A stretch of 64,000 nt of DNA from contig OZ024748.1 in the NCBI GenBank assembly GCA_964016885.1, positions 25,730,001-25,794,000 of the forward strand, written 5' to 3'. Below are positions 1 to 14,121 of the stretch, one piece after another; the first letter of the stretch is position 1, and the number at the start of each line of letters is the position of its first letter. Below the pieces are notes generated by a model that did not search any database, had not been told where the DNA came from, and worked only from the letters and a program-made list of their open reading frames with translations. The translations under genes and the position numbers were made by a program. Source of the stretch: Eledone cirrhosa. Its lineage: Eukaryota.

Positions 1-337
1 CATCACAAACACTACCCGAAATGGAGAACTGGTCAACATCATCCGATGCTTCCGAAGCCACAGGCTTTTTTTTCAGAGTTTCCCTCTCTTAGAAAGGTGT
101 TGTGACAACAACTGGGGACCTTTCACTCCCAGGTTTAAAAAAAAAAAAGGTACTATTTGGATGGCCATTGACTCTTCTGAGTTCCTCCACCCTTTGCCGG
201 GTCCTGTATTTCATCCCGTAGGGTGTCCAAATATCACCCACCTCACCAAGCTACCTTGGTGGGGTTGTTAGTTTAGTCGCCGACGACCCGACCATGAGAC
301 AGGTTGTACTGGGTTACATGTTACTAGTAGCACTCGA
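1..337 (-). mobile_element. Probable 5' UTR-like end of an RTE-clade non-LTR element, running off the window start
   Basis: GC- and CpG-richer than the flanks. The minus strand has CACCTTTCTAAGAGAGGGAAACTCTG, resembling the CTAGGAGAAGGAAAACTCTG motif I recall from RTE 5' regions. A related motif lies at ~61800-61860. No ORF seen. Confidence 0.4.
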
Positions 338-347
338 GAGCAGCCTC

Positions 348-353
<6 letters not shown>

Positions 354-404
<51 letters not shown>

Positions 405-543
405 TGTAAAATCCCAACCGCTACACACCGCCATCTGGATTTTACACATCTTTATACGCACTCTACATTTCCCCATGTATTGAGCACTCTTATGGTTAGT
501 GTTCACCTTGGTCTCAGCATTGCATACTCTATTTATTTATATT

Positions 544-588
<45 letters not shown>

Positions 589-720
589 GCGTGTGCGTGT
601 GCGTGTGTGTGTGTATCACTTCCCATCTCTGTCAATCTTTCTCTCATTCATTCTCTGTTCCTCTTTCTATCTCTCATTCACACACACACACACACACACA
701 AACACTCTCTCTCTCCCCCT
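354..720. repeat. Microsatellite cluster: (AG)n, (GT)n/(GTGCGT)n, (CA)n
   Basis: Directly visible; explains the ORFs at 294-850. Confidence 0.95.
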
Positions 721-1666
721 TAACACTACACTACTACATGCATCCCTCAATTTATATCATACACAGTCATACACTACCCATCTCTTCATAATCTTATCAG
801 ATCAACATTCTATACTGAAAACTCTCTCTCCTTCTCTTTCACTATTTTAATCTGTGACAATCTAAGTATGTTTAGTTAAGTTAGTGTTAACATACTTAAT
901 ACAGGGAGTATTAAAAAAATCTAACCAGAAATAATTATGCAGTGAGAAAAGACAATATTAGTCAGTGACTAAAATTATTTTTAATGCAGTGTGGTGAGAA
1001 GTCTAATTAATATTATCCTCTTTATTCTTCACACATTCTTTCACTGTTTGTTTGTTTTTTGGGGGGTTTTTCATAAAAGGTGTGGCTTTACTATCATTAC
1101 TGAAGGCAAATCCTTTAACTCTTTTGACACCAACCAACCCAAAACTGCCTCTAGTTAGTTCTATGAAACAGAACCTTCCATTTTAAAGTGTTCCTATTTA
1201 AATTAAAACCTTCAGGCATAATTTGATATAAGAACATTTTAAGTTGATAGAAATACCATCTTAATAATTGTTTCTACGTTTGGCAGAAGGCCAGCAATTA
1301 CCCAGTGCATTACTGGTTCTGATTTTAGGCACAAGGCCAACAATTTAAGGGAGGAGAAAGTCAATTAAATTGAACTCAGTATGTTACTGGTACTTTATTT
1401 TATCAACCCCATAAGGATGAAAGGCAAAGCTAATCTTGGTGGAATTTGAACTCAGAATGTAAAGAGCAGAAACAATATACTGCAAAGCATATTTTCTGAC
1501 GCTCTACCAATTACTGCCAATCCACTTAATAATGAAAATCAAAAATTCCAGTAAATCCCTCAAAATTATTCATTAATATAGTGTATTTCATTAGAAATAT
1601 GGTAACGAAAGAGTTGCCAGGAGATATACTCTAAAACAAAAACAAATGAATAATAAAACTAATAAT

Positions 1667-1851
1667 TGTTTCTACTTTAGGCACAAGGCCAGCATTTACC
1701 CAGTGCATTACTGGTACTTTATTTTATCGACCCCGTAAGGATGAAAGGCAAAGTCAACCTCGGCGGGATTTGAACTCAGATCGTAAAGGGACGTAACTAT
1801 GCTGGAAAGCATGGCGTCCGACCCTCTACTGATACTGCCAATCCACCGCCC
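1667..1851 (-). mobile_element. Full-length tRNA-derived SINE (family A; about 19 copies in window)
   Basis: Minus strand reads GGCGGTGGATTGGCAGTATCAGTAG (A box), GAGTTCAAATCC (B box), then body GCCTTTCATCCTTACGGGGTCGATAAAATAAAGTACCAG. 16-bp TSD TAATAAAACTAATAAT at 1651-1666 and 1852-1867. Confidence 0.88.
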
Positions 1852-4800
1852 TAATAAAACTAATAATGCAAGAGGTCTTTTTTGTGTTTACTCAACCTGG
1901 TGGAAATAGCAGCAGAATTTTCCTCTACCGCTTTACTAATGGAAGGATCACACTGGGCCGATGTAGTCTTAGATATACATAAGATAATACTATAACATAG
2001 AGCTAATATACATGCAAAATACAACAGGAAATATGAATATTAAATTTATTTGATATTTTTTGAAATATTATCGTCCCAACAACCATAATAATAGTCAATC
2101 ACTATAGATAATAGCTGAGAAAATCGAGTAAAGTAACCCTGGAGATGGAGAAAAGTGTCACAGTTGGTGCCATGATAAAAAAAAAACACCCAGTCCACAT
2201 TGTAAAGTGTTAGTGCTGATGTCACAAAATATGCATATCCTGTAAGGTGGTTGGTGTAAGTAAAGACATTCAGCTGTAACAACCATTTCAACAAGCAATA
2301 TTGACTACTCCAACCTGTCTAGTCTCAGACTGTGACAACCCATACAAGTTATGCCTGCATGGAAAAGAAACGTAAAATGATGATGTTCAAGTCTTGTTAA
2401 CAGGGAAAGCGGACGTTAAAATGATGATGATGATGTTCAATTCTATTTATAAAGCCAAAAAAATATAGACACTGGTATGTCTATATTCCTTAGAATCAAA
2501 TAGACAGACATTTTTCAACAATAGTAAAGGATTTGATGTTTGAAGAGGGAGAAATGGGTGCTGCCAAGCATTTCTAAAAGTCATTGAAATGCCAAGCTGG
2601 ACACACAGCCAAACATCTAGAGTGGTGCCCCAGCAACTGGTTGCACCAGTTACAAGAATTTCATTGAATGAGTAACGTCATTAAAAACCATATTCACTTA
2701 CAGGATTTCAGTAAAAAAAATCGCAGTGAGTTAAAATAAATATGGCTTCACTTTAATCCTTTTATTACCATATTTCAGATGACGCACACTACCAATGATT
2801 TTTTTTTAAATGAGGCATTTAGTAATATAACTAACTTTCTCATTATTAAGCTGGTGTTTTGAGCATAATTTAACAAATGTTCTTATATAAAATCATACTG
2901 GAAGATTTTTAGATGAATATAAACACTTTAAAATAAACAATTTTACATCATATAGGTTAACTTCAGGAAAATCTCTCTATCTCTCTCACTCACACACACT
3001 CTCTCTCTCTCTCTCTCTCTGTCGTCTAAGGAGCTCTGTTCTCAGAAAATATATAAGATCTGCTATCTTCCACCTCCATCCATCCATGTATGTATAGACA
3101 GTGATCCTGTACATTCTATACTTGAGGACAGAAGAAAAGCCTTGTTTGTTGTACCCTAGCTTTTGGTAGGAGAGTTAGAGTGTGTGTGGGGGGGGGGGGG
3201 GGGACACAAAGACACAAAACAGACAAAAATAAGGGAAAAGAAATAACAAAGAAACAATAGTGAACCCCAAACTTTTCAGCAGTTATATCTGACACTGGAC
3301 AAAGATTAGAAATATATATTTACTAATTCAAAGACATCATTCATTAAATAAGAGTAAAGCCTTAATATTGTGAACTAGTTTGTCTGGGTAAAGTATATAT
3401 TGTTGTCTGTCCCTCCATAGAGAAAGGGAGGGATAAGGGGAGAGAGAGAGAAAGTGAGGGAGATGGGTGAGGGGGGGGGGGGGGGGGGGGGGCAAGCAGA
3501 GAGCGAAAGAGTCTCCCTTTTTTATCTCTGGTTGATTACATCAACCCTGATACATGACAGCTATTTTTATTTTACCAATCATGAATGAGTGAAAAGTAAA
3601 GTTGATCTTGGAAGGATTTGAACTCGGAACATAAAGAGCATTTTGACTGAGGATCTATTTCTGCTGATCCACTGCCCTTTCATAATACAAATAACAACAC
3701 AAGACAAAATAAAGGGATTTGGGTGGGGTGCTTTTTTGTTTGTTTTGTTTTAGCTCTTCAACAAACTAAAATAAAATAACTTTTAAAAGATTAACGGCAA
3801 GAACCAAAGTATGTGAAAATAAAATAGCTGTGCTCAAAATAGAAAAACTAACTTCAGCCTGTAGTTAAATTTGCCTTATTAAATGTTAATTAGAATAGTT
3901 AATACCATGAACTATTTCTATGAAATTTGAGAAAACAAATCTATCCATTATCTATGAGGAAATAACAAGATAAATAGAACTATACAGTCTAAAAGACTAT
4001 TATAGAAATAAGCTTGAAGGGAAACCAAATCTGATAATAGTTGACCAATAACAAAAATAATACCATAAGCTGGATGGTTGCAGACCAATAAAATGTAATC
4101 ACCATCATCACCATCTAATGTCCATTTTCCACGCTAGTATGGGTTAGACGACTTGTTCAGTTGTGAGACAAGTTAGATCAGATGATTGTGTCTTGCTCAT
4201 ACAGAACTGTTTCTGGCTGGATGCCCTTCAGATATAATATATATCTTTAACCCTTTCATTGCCATATTTCAAATAAAAGGCACTTCCAATGTCATTAACC
4301 TTTTCATTACCATATTTCCAATGAAACACACTGCCTATGATTTTCAAATAATTTTGAAAATAATCAAGAATTTGGAGGGATTTAGTAATATGATTAATTT
4401 TCTCATTATTAAGCTAGTGTTTCATATAGTTTGGTACAAAATAGTTAACAAAATAAATGACCAATAAAGTTTTGAAGTTTTTTGTTTCCCTCAGAATGGA
4501 TTTTGTTTTTGTTTTTTTTTTTACTTTTACATTATTAATTTTTTCAATTCTCTAAAAATGTTTTAGCTTCTTTAATAAGAACTATTTTTTATTTGTTTTT
4601 GTTCATTCTATTTATACTGATAAGTATATTGGAGTGACTACTGTATGCATAAAATTCTAAAATGACTACAAAGATCCTTATCTTCTACACATATATGAAG
4701 GTTCTTTCCAACCTTTGTTCTTTCCAATATTGTGTCTAAATATGGAACAAAAAATGCTTTTGCATCTGACCAATTTCAATGCTAGTGTATACTGTATTTT

Positions 4801-7800
4801 CTTCCCAAAATAGTAATAGCGCTATTATAAATATTCTATTTTCATACTTAGTTTACAAGTTTTTAATTTTGTTTCACAAAGCCTTTCACCAAGGAATGAT
4901 AAACCAAATTTCTGGAAACATTGTTTGGATATGAACAAAGAGAAAACAAAAATATTCTCATTGACCTTGTGGAATCTATTGAAAAGAATAAAAGCCACAT
5001 ATTTAGTCCATCTCCAACTAGGAAAAATCTATTTTAGGAAACTCATTAAATATTCAAAAATAATACCTGAAATGTGAACTGTTTTCTACTTGTATTGACT
5101 TGTAACTCTTGATGGGGTCATAGGGCCACCATCATTACATACAGCATGTTTTGGACATTTAAAAAAAATCTGATGGAGCCCATCCCCTCTCCAGATTTAA
5201 ACACAGCTAATTTCTTCCAGAGGAGAGAAAGTGAGAGATATAGAAGAATAAATGACAGTACAAGACTGGTATATTTTTTTTGTATCAATGTCCAAAGTAT
5301 GAAAGGCAAGTTGACCTCAGTGGGATTTGAACTCAGAACTCAGAGAGACAAAATGAATACTGCAACACATTCAATCCAATGTTCTAATGACTCTGCCAAT
5401 TTAATAAAATTCAAATTACTTCAGTGGATATGTTAATTCTTTTGTTACTCTATTTCTAATGACATACACTGCTTATGTGTAGCAATTAATTTTGAAAATG
5501 TGAAGAATTTCATGAGATAACAAACTTTTTCATTTATAAGGTGATCTGTGAAAGATTTGATCAAATAGATCAAGTGAGGTGGAACGTGTGAGGTGGAACT
5601 AAGTGAGGTGGAACGTGTCAAATTATACCAGAAAAACAATGTTTCTCTTGGTATTTCCATTGCTGATACTATCTACTGGCAGAAAGAACAAGAAACAAAG
5701 TGTCTTGCTCAAGGACATAACACATCGTCCAATCCAGAATTTGAACTCACAACCTAACGATTGTGAATCCATTTCTCTAACCACTAAGCCAAAATTTGTA
5801 ACATAAAATTATTTCTAAAATATAATTATGAAGGAAGGTTTTAATATAAAGATGAACATTTTAATGTGGGCAGTTGTGTATCATAAAACTAACAGATTTT
5901 CAGGCAGGTTGGTATCAAAACAGTTAAATATAGTGATTGCATTTCTAATGAAATACAAACTATTTCAATTAATTATTTCATTACTAAGATAATAACTCAA
6001 TATAAGGTTCTTATTTAAAATTATGTTGGAAGACTTTAATTTAAATTGAAAATCTTTAAAATGGGTGGTTTTCTTTCATAGAATCAGAGCCAGTTTTGCC
6101 TAGGTTAGTAACTAAAGGGTTAAAAGAATATATAATAAGAATATGAGTTATTAGAACAGCATAGAAAGCTGAATATTATACTGAAATGAAAACATTCTTT
6201 TTACATCTATTAATTGCATGTATATGCAATTGCTTGCTCATATTTAGACACAGAATCACCTAGCTTAGCATAGCCATTAGCAGGGAAAACAAACATTAAA
6301 TGATGATGATGATGATGATCATCATCATCATCATCATCAACATTATGACACCCTATGATGAGTAATATCCCTTAAAGTTTTGTAATGACAACCAGCTTGA
6401 TCAAGTGGCAGTTCAAGTATTATTTTTTTTCTTTCTTTCTTTAATATTCTAAAAGAAATGCATGATAGCATATGTTTATAACTATATAAACAGAAAAGTA
6501 TCGAATGCCATGTCTCATTTAAAATACCTTCATTCAGACATGTTGTCTCGTTGAATGGTCAGCGTCATAAGCAGTATGTGAACTGGCAGCTGAAAGAAGA
6601 CAATCAGCCTTGTCATTAGATGAGGGCATGTAATTCTGGTTATTACATACACATGTGTGTATGTGCACATCAATGTATGTGCACGTGCACACACACACAA
6701 ATTGTGTCTACACACACACATATTGTGTCTATACGTGCACCTTTATCTACTATAATAACAGCAGAAATAAATAAATATGTGTGAAGAGAGCAAGATATAT
6801 TTTCTAGGGAAGCAACTTTATAAGATGAACAGAATTGATAGCAGATATTTATTTTAATGTTGGTAAAAGGGTAAATGTTTAATTCAACTTTCTGAAGAAC
6901 TGCATTCCTAAAATGTGAAACGAAACGAAATTATTGTAAAACATGCAGTTCAATTCTTTTTCTGCCTGTACGAGCTCTAGGAAGAAAAAATTATCAATTA
7001 TCTGAGTTATCAGTATATACCTATTTGAAGGTAATGTAGTCTAACAGTTTCCGCTTTACAGACAGTAGCTGTAACTACCTGTATGAAGAAGTAAGAAACT
7101 TAATGTAATCTACAATAACAATTTTCACTGCTGTATGCTTGAACAACTATTTTCAACACTCTGCAACCAGCAAAGAACAAATTAAATGTATTCATAGATA
7201 ATAGAGGCATGTGTGAAAGTATAATGTTTATGTATATTAAACATACATAGGCATGTGGCTTAGTGGTTAGAGAATTGGATCCGCAATCATGAGGTTGTGA
7301 ATTTAATTTCCGGACTGAGCGAAACAAGCTTGATTTCTTGAGCAATATGAGCTTGATTCCTTGAGCGATACAAGCTTGATTCCTTGAACAAGACACTTTA
7401 TTTCACATGGCTCTTTTTGTCAGGAGTTGCAACTGGTAAATAGTATCAACAATGAAAACAGTTTCCTTAGTCTGATTTGACGAGTTTGACCCCACTCAGT
7501 AAGCGAATGAGGTCAATCAATTTGATTGATCGAAACATACATAAGCCTCACAATGAATGTTTTAAGCTGTGATCATATCATTACTCCCTTAATAGCTGTG
7601 TGAGAATATCAGACACTAGTGTTTCAGGATTTATACTGAAGCAAGAATAAGCTACAGCTTATATAGATTTTGTGTATGGTAGATCTACTGGAGATGATCA
7701 TTTACATATAGTGCAAACTTGATGGGCTGGTTTTAATTAGTTGTAACACAAACAATGTGATTCATAATAGAAATGTCCCAGCATAAAACACCCATAGCAA

Positions 7801-7805
7801 GTTTT

Positions 7806-8389
7806 CATCATCATCATTTTATGTCTGCTTTTCCCTGCTTGCAAGGGTGGGATGGGTCTTCTTCAGCACATCATCTCTCCATTTGTCACAGCCCTTCGTC
7901 ATATCCTCTGTGAGCTCTCACCACCTCTACCCATGTCTTCTGTGATCTTTCTCTACTGCGTCTTCCTTCCACTAGGATTACTTGACACTTCTTCACCCAG
8001 CAGTCATCATCCATGAGCATCACATGGACATACCAATGCAGCCTTCTCTCCTGCACACTGCAGTTTATTCCTCTTATACACAGTTTCTCTCTCAACTCAT
8101 CCATGCTTGGTTGTTCACGCATATTGACATTGCACATCTATCGGAGCATGCTTGCTTCATTTCACTCTAGCCTTCACATGTCCTTCGCAGTTGCTGCCCA
8201 TGTATCTCACATAGGCATCATACAACCGACCTTTCCTTCACAGGGAGAAACCTTTCGTTGTCAACAGAGGAAGCAGCTCCCTAAACTTCTTCCATCCTGT
8301 CCTTATTCTAGATACTATGGCCTCGAAGCAACCTCCTCCGTTGCTAATTTGATCACCTAGATATCAGAAGCTATCAACCACCTCTATAC
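7806..8389 (-). mobile_element. 5'-truncated, decayed RTE LINE (ORF2 C-terminus plus (ATG)n tail)
   Basis: Translates to MCNVNMREQPSMDELREKLCIRGINCSVQERRLHWYVHVM and ends in a GCAGACATAAAATGATGATG tail. Homologous to 36008-37180 and 63069-63756. Confidence 0.9.
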
Positions 8390-9477
8390 TAATTATGTTA
8401 ATACACATCAGATGGTGGATAGGCAGAATTGGTAATTGCCATTTTTTTCATTCATCCTTCCAGAGTCGATAAAATAAAATACCAGTTGAGAATTGGGATT
8501 GATTTAATCAACTTTGCCCTTTTCCCCAAATCTGCTTGCTGACCTTGTGCCTACATTAGAAACCAACAATCATATATACATATACATAAAATAATCGTTT
8601 CTACTTTTGGCACAAGACCATCAATCACCCCATTACTGGTGCTTTATTTTATTGACCCCGTAAGGATGAAAGACAAAGCTAACCTCAGCAGGATTTGAAC
8701 TCAGAACGTAAAGGGCCATAACTTTATGCTGAAAAGCATGGTGTTTGGCGCTCTACCGATACTGCCAATCCACACCAACATAAAATAATTGTTTTTACTT
8801 TTTTGGCACAAGGCTAGCAACTACCCAGTACATTACTAGTACTTTATTTTATCGACCCCGTATGGATGAAAAGCAAAGTTAACCTCGGTGGGATTTGAAC
8901 TCAGATCGTAAAGGGACATAACTATGCTGGAAAGCATGTCCAACCCTCAAAATAATACAAAGTAAACAGCCATTTTAAAATAAGCATTTTAAGCAGTTCT
9001 TACTTAGTATCATAAAAATTACAAAATATTGTCAAGATATAAACACGATATTTTAGAACTGCTATGTTTAGTGAGATAAGTAATAAATAATGAATGTAAG
9101 CTCATAAAATGAATTAAATTAAATAATATATGTGTGTATATATATATATATATTTTTTTTTTTCTAGGAGCTGAGATATTTTATTAACAAGAAGCAAATA
9201 GCAATGACATCCAGTTGTCACTTGTATGGCAATGAGATATCTCTGAACATTATCAGTCCATAGCAGCAAAAATATCATATGGATTCTATCAATTCTACAG
9301 ACATGTTTTCTATTGCAGCAGTATTATCAAGTAAGAGATTAGAAAATTAGAATTCTTGTTCTGGATTTAAATACATGAACATTCAACAAATAAACGCAAA
9401 ATACTATAGAATCTTTTTTTTTTTAATTAAAATAAATAGCATTAAAGAAACTAATATTTTCAGTGAAATATATATGT

Positions 9478-9533
<56 letters not shown>

Positions 9534-10769
9534 AATATTTTCGAAGATGAAACCTTTAAGAAATAATAAATATATTTGGGAAGTATTTTATCAATTGTTA
9601 CAAGAGCTGAAACAGTTACGCTGACTAAGTAAATATAATTGTTAAAATTAGTATAATTATCACCATCACCATTTAACATCTAACATCTATTTTCTATGCT
9701 TGCATGGGTCAAGCAGTTTGTCGCATGCTGAGGACAGACCAAATAGGTGACCATATCTCTCTTGTATGCTCTGTTTTGGCTTGGTTCTTATAGCTGGATA
9801 CCCTTCCTACACTAACCATTCAAAAGCATGTACTGGTAACATGCTTTCTATGGCTGGATGCTCTTCTTAATGCCAACCACTTTAGAGCATGTACCGACAT
9901 CATTTTATCATGACTCTAGCACTACCACCTTACAATAATAACCTCATAATAACACCTGCACTACCATCTTACAGAGTGAGCCAGGTGCTTTTCATAATGA
10001 CACCTACACTAGCACCATACAGGTGACCATATTTTTGATAAAATACACTACCTATTGGTTTTAATCAATTTTGAAAACAACCAAGAATTTAGACAGAAAC
10101 ACCATTTTAATAATGGGAAATTTAGTTAATTTTACTAAATCTTTCCAGATTCTTGATTATTTTCAAAACTATTTGAAAATCATAGGGAGTATCTTTTATT
10201 AGAAATACAGTAATTAAAAAATTAAATATTCCCTTATTCTGTTTTATAGCAGAAAATCAGGTAAAAAAAGCAAAAAACAAATGAGAAATTGAACATCAAA
10301 CTAGAAAACTACTGAACAGTTTGGAATGGTAAAGTGTTGGTGAAACTTAACAGCCTGAAGAACAGCCATGTTTAGAATATATCAGGAAAAACAAACTAAG
10401 AATTCCCAAATACAACACAGTGTTAATGAATTTTGCTTCAAATGCCAAATTATAAGTTGTTATGTTAATTAAAAGCTAGAAATATATAAATATGATCATA
10501 AACTTCATTACACAAAGTAAACAACTTCCATTTATGTGTTATCATAATAATCATGTGTTGAATAATATTTATAAAATAACATTATCAATTTTCATTTAAT
10601 AAAAAAAAAAATCAATTAATTTGAGAAAGAACATTTTTTTCTTAAGGAGAGGAAATATAATTAGGTTGTTTAATTCCAATATATTATTAGTTTTTACTTA
10701 ATTGAATTTAAAGTGACAAAAGATTCAGACTATTTCAGAGAGATCTCTAGACTGAGCAGCTTCCTATAT

Positions 10770-10930
10770 CAAACTACTGTAGAATATCTATCAGACAAAC
10801 ACAGAACCTTCAATCAAACAAGCTACAGTAGAATATCTATCAGACAAACATGGAACCATCAATCTAACAAGCTACTGTAGAATGTCTATCAGACAAACAC
10901 AGACCCTTCACACATCAAACAAGCTATCAG
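10770..10930. repeat. ~51-bp minisatellite, about 3 copies
   Basis: Unit CAAGCTACTGTAGAATATCTATCAGACAAACACAGAACCTTCAATCAAA repeated with variants. Confidence 0.85.
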
Positions 10931-12882
10931 ACATCTTTACTACTGTTCAGACTACCTTCATACATATAATAACAAAATTTGTTTTAAAAATATAAATATA
11001 ATTAAACCTTCTCCAATTATATAACAACAAAATAACAGAACCAGGTTTAGCCAGCCTCCTATGAAATTGCAGCTCATAAGAAGGTTCTTGGGTGTTTTAA
11101 TGATAGGGGTGCCAGTCCTATGTAGGTTTAGTCAGCCTCCTATGAATTTGCGGCTCATAAAAGGGTTCTTGGGGATTTTAATGATAGGGGTGTCAGTCAT
11201 ATCATTTTTTGTTGTTACAGCTCACACCTATTGTAGGCTTAGCCAGCCTCCTACAAGGTTGTATCTCATGAGAAGGTTCTTGGGTGTTTTAATATGAAAC
11301 CTAGTCCTGTTATTATATATATTATATTAGAATCTGTTAGACTAGATGCTAACCAGCATTGCATTGAAGCAAAGCCTATAATAACAGATAAACTAAAGAG
11401 TTGTTTGGATGTCAATAGAACCATAAATATGTATATATACAAAAGGTGCCAGGGTTCGAAGTGGAAGAATGCTGTGAAAGAAGAAGACCAAGAAAAACAT
11501 GGGCAAGTGTGGTGAAAACTGATCTCAGGTGGCTGATCATCAAGGAGATGACAAAAGAAAGAAATAAGTGGAGAGATGCTGTATTGGAGATATATATGAT
11601 AAACTAGCTAAAAACTTTTCCTATTTTGAGTTATTGATTTCTTAAATCTATAGATATATTGAACTGATTGGACAAAGTATTTGTTTATATTCTAAGGAAA
11701 CCCATCAGCTGACATTTTCTATCTAATATTATATAATATACTCTGCAGATTTTAATGACAATTCACAGAGGACTATGTTAATGTTATGGAGGCAGAATAT
11801 ATAACAAAAAGCATTTACTGACACATAAATATTATTTATGAAGCTTGAAAGATGTATTTATGTAGAAATAATGATCTTGAAAAAAGGAGAGAGAGAGATA
11901 ATGTTATCAAACTTTGAGAGCTATTATCATGGACTTGACTATGTAGCAATTCTCATAACTTCGTAAGTAAAAATTGAATATCTTAGACTCATTGTAAAGA
12001 ACACTCAGCCATTTCTATAGATTTATCAAGCAATACCATTCAAAGTTTTGGGAAATACAAGTTTCTATTTCCTTTCATTTACTTCTGCTCAATATTTTAT
12101 TTTTGTTAACTCTTCACTAGCATTCTTGAGGACTTTTCAGTTGTACGAAAGACATGACAACCTCCTTGGTGTTGGTGCCATGATAAAATACACCCAGTAC
12201 ACATTGTAAAGTCATTCTATGGCAGGATATACTGCCATAGAAAACCTGCTAAACAAAGAGTATAGAGGACTTCAGATGTGTTGAAGACATGGCAACCTCC
12301 CTAGGTCTGGTGCCATCATAAAGTGCACCCGGTTCACTCTGTACAATGCAAATACATAAGTAAGCAAGATATGGGTCCCCAGCCCATCTCAAAGGCCAGT
12401 AGCTCAAGTCAAGCATTGTCTTCGTCTGTGATGACCCATCCAACTCTTGCTAACAGAGAAAGCAAATGATGATGATGATATTGATGATGATGATATTTCT
12501 GACAGATGAACCACTGTCAGATTTCAGGACCTGTAGTTTATTAATCCTTATCTAAACAACAGTTACATCTAAAGAATACACTAACATTCATATATATTTC
12601 AAAGAAAGACACTGTATGTCACTAGCTATTTCAGTATTAGCTGGTTACATCTGCTAATTAATGACTGAACAATTAGCAAATTTAAAGACATGGGAGCAGT
12701 AATGATTCTAAAATGTTGTGATCCTATTAAACATTCTAGGTCATTATTACACAATTAGATGAAATTTTCTAGATAGCTATTATTATGGGTTAGCTAGATC
12801 AGTTATAAAGATTGTAATTTAGCAGGAAATAATGTTAATAACCCTGTAATTGTGTATGGAAGCATTTTTTTTTTCTAGACAC

Positions 12883-13402
12883 AAATACCAAATGTTATGC
12901 ATAGTACAGTAATAACTTTCCATAATAAAATACCAAATGTTATGCATAGTACAGTAATAACTTTCTATAATAAAATACCAAATGTTATTCACAGTACAGT
13001 AATAACTTTCTATAATAAAATACCAAATGTTATTCACAGTACGGTAATAACTTTCTATAATAAAATACCAAATGTTATTCACAGTACAGTAATAACTTTC
13101 TATAATAAAATACCAAATGTTATTTATAGTACAGTAATAACTTTCTATAATAAAATACCAAATGTTATTCACAGTACAGTAATAACTATCTATAATAAAA
13201 TACCAAATGTTATTCACAGTACAGTAATAACTTTCTATAATAAAATACCAAATGTTATTTACAGTACGGTAATAACTTTCTATAATAAAATACCAAATGT
13301 TATTTACAGTACAGTAATAACTTTCTATAATAAAATACCAAATGTTATTCATAGTACAGTAATAACTTTCTATAATAAAATACCAAATGTTATTCATAGT
13401 AT
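12883..13402. repeat. 45-bp minisatellite, about 11.5 near-identical copies
   Basis: Unit TAAAATACCAAATGTTATTCACAGTACAGTAATAACTTTCTATAA. Its length is divisible by 3, which creates the spurious ORFs 12819-13409 and 12897-13430. Confidence 0.97.
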
Positions 13403-13622
13403 AATTCAATTTTTAGTCAACCATATATAGCAGATAATGAAAGTTGAGAGCTCTTTCATTATGCTCTATACGTGATTAGCTAAAAATTGAATTTTTTTTT
13501 TCTTTTAATGTTGTTTTCTTTTGACCCAAAAATAAAACTCTGCTTATTAGATGCTGGAAACCAAACCCTATCAATAATATTAAAAAATTAGAATTAAAAA
13601 ATAAATAAATAAAATCGCTCAC

Positions 13623-13710
13623 CTTCAGGTGATTCCTCCTGCATATAAGATCCAGTCAAGTAACGGTGAACCAATGCAGACTTGCCGCTTTGCACACTAC
13701 CAAGAATACC
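13623..13710 (-). CDS. AGAP1: AGAP/centaurin-gamma coding exon (GTPase-like domain P-loop), 88 bp, phase 0 to 1
   Basis: ttgtag|GGT ATT CTT GGT AGT GTG CAA AGC GGC AAG TCT...CCT GAA G|gtgagc gives [29 protein letters not shown](G). This closely matches AGAP1/cenG1[31 protein letters not shown]. The symbol denotes the AGAP family, not a specific paralog. Confidence 0.96.
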
Positions 13711-13919
13711 CTACAATTGTACAAAATCATTAGTAGCTGACAAAACTAGTCTTTTGGGGGCTTTTTTTTTTTTGTTTGTTTCAATAAGACACTATAAATA
13801 ACATATAATACATTTGAGCATTATTAACACATCATCAATCATAAAATTTAATACAGAGATAGGCAGCAAGTTGTAAGTGAATAATTTAGAATCCAAAATA
13901 GATGAAAAAATTCTATCTT

Positions 13920-14121
13920 CAACTCTTATGTTGTAAAAATTTAGCAGGAAATATCTAAAAACAAGTTTGTTAATTCAAATGTTTATAATATCTTTAATAG
14001 AGGACAGATTGGCTCTGAAAATGTGCAGTAAACTAAAGAAAATATTTTAATGTGATTAAGTCATGATGCTGTTTTATATTTTTCACATGAGGTTTCATGT
14101 GGTACAGGATGTTAAGAGTTT
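13920..14121. mobile_element. ~200-bp TTAA-type MITE (family M1)
   Basis: Degenerate TIRs AACTCTTA... and ...TACAGGATGTTAAGAGTT. Same family at ~15135-15322, 16558-16775, 27242-27457, 29207-29450, 30356-30556, 30663-31090, 47975-48180, 54634-54857. Confidence 0.75.

Noticed and set aside
260-337. HDV-like ribozyme at the putative RTE 5' end
   Set aside because: Plausible by family precedent, but I could not assemble the nested double pseudoknot. It needs a descriptor search.
6891-6930. CTGAAGA...GAAA hammerhead-like spacing
   Set aside because: No stem III, NUH triplet or stem I pairing.
12819-13430. 196-aa and 177-aa repetitive ORFs, or a CRISPR-like array
   Set aside because: Pure 45-bp tandem repeat with no unique spacers and no cas genes. 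The frames stay open only because the unit is a multiple of 3.
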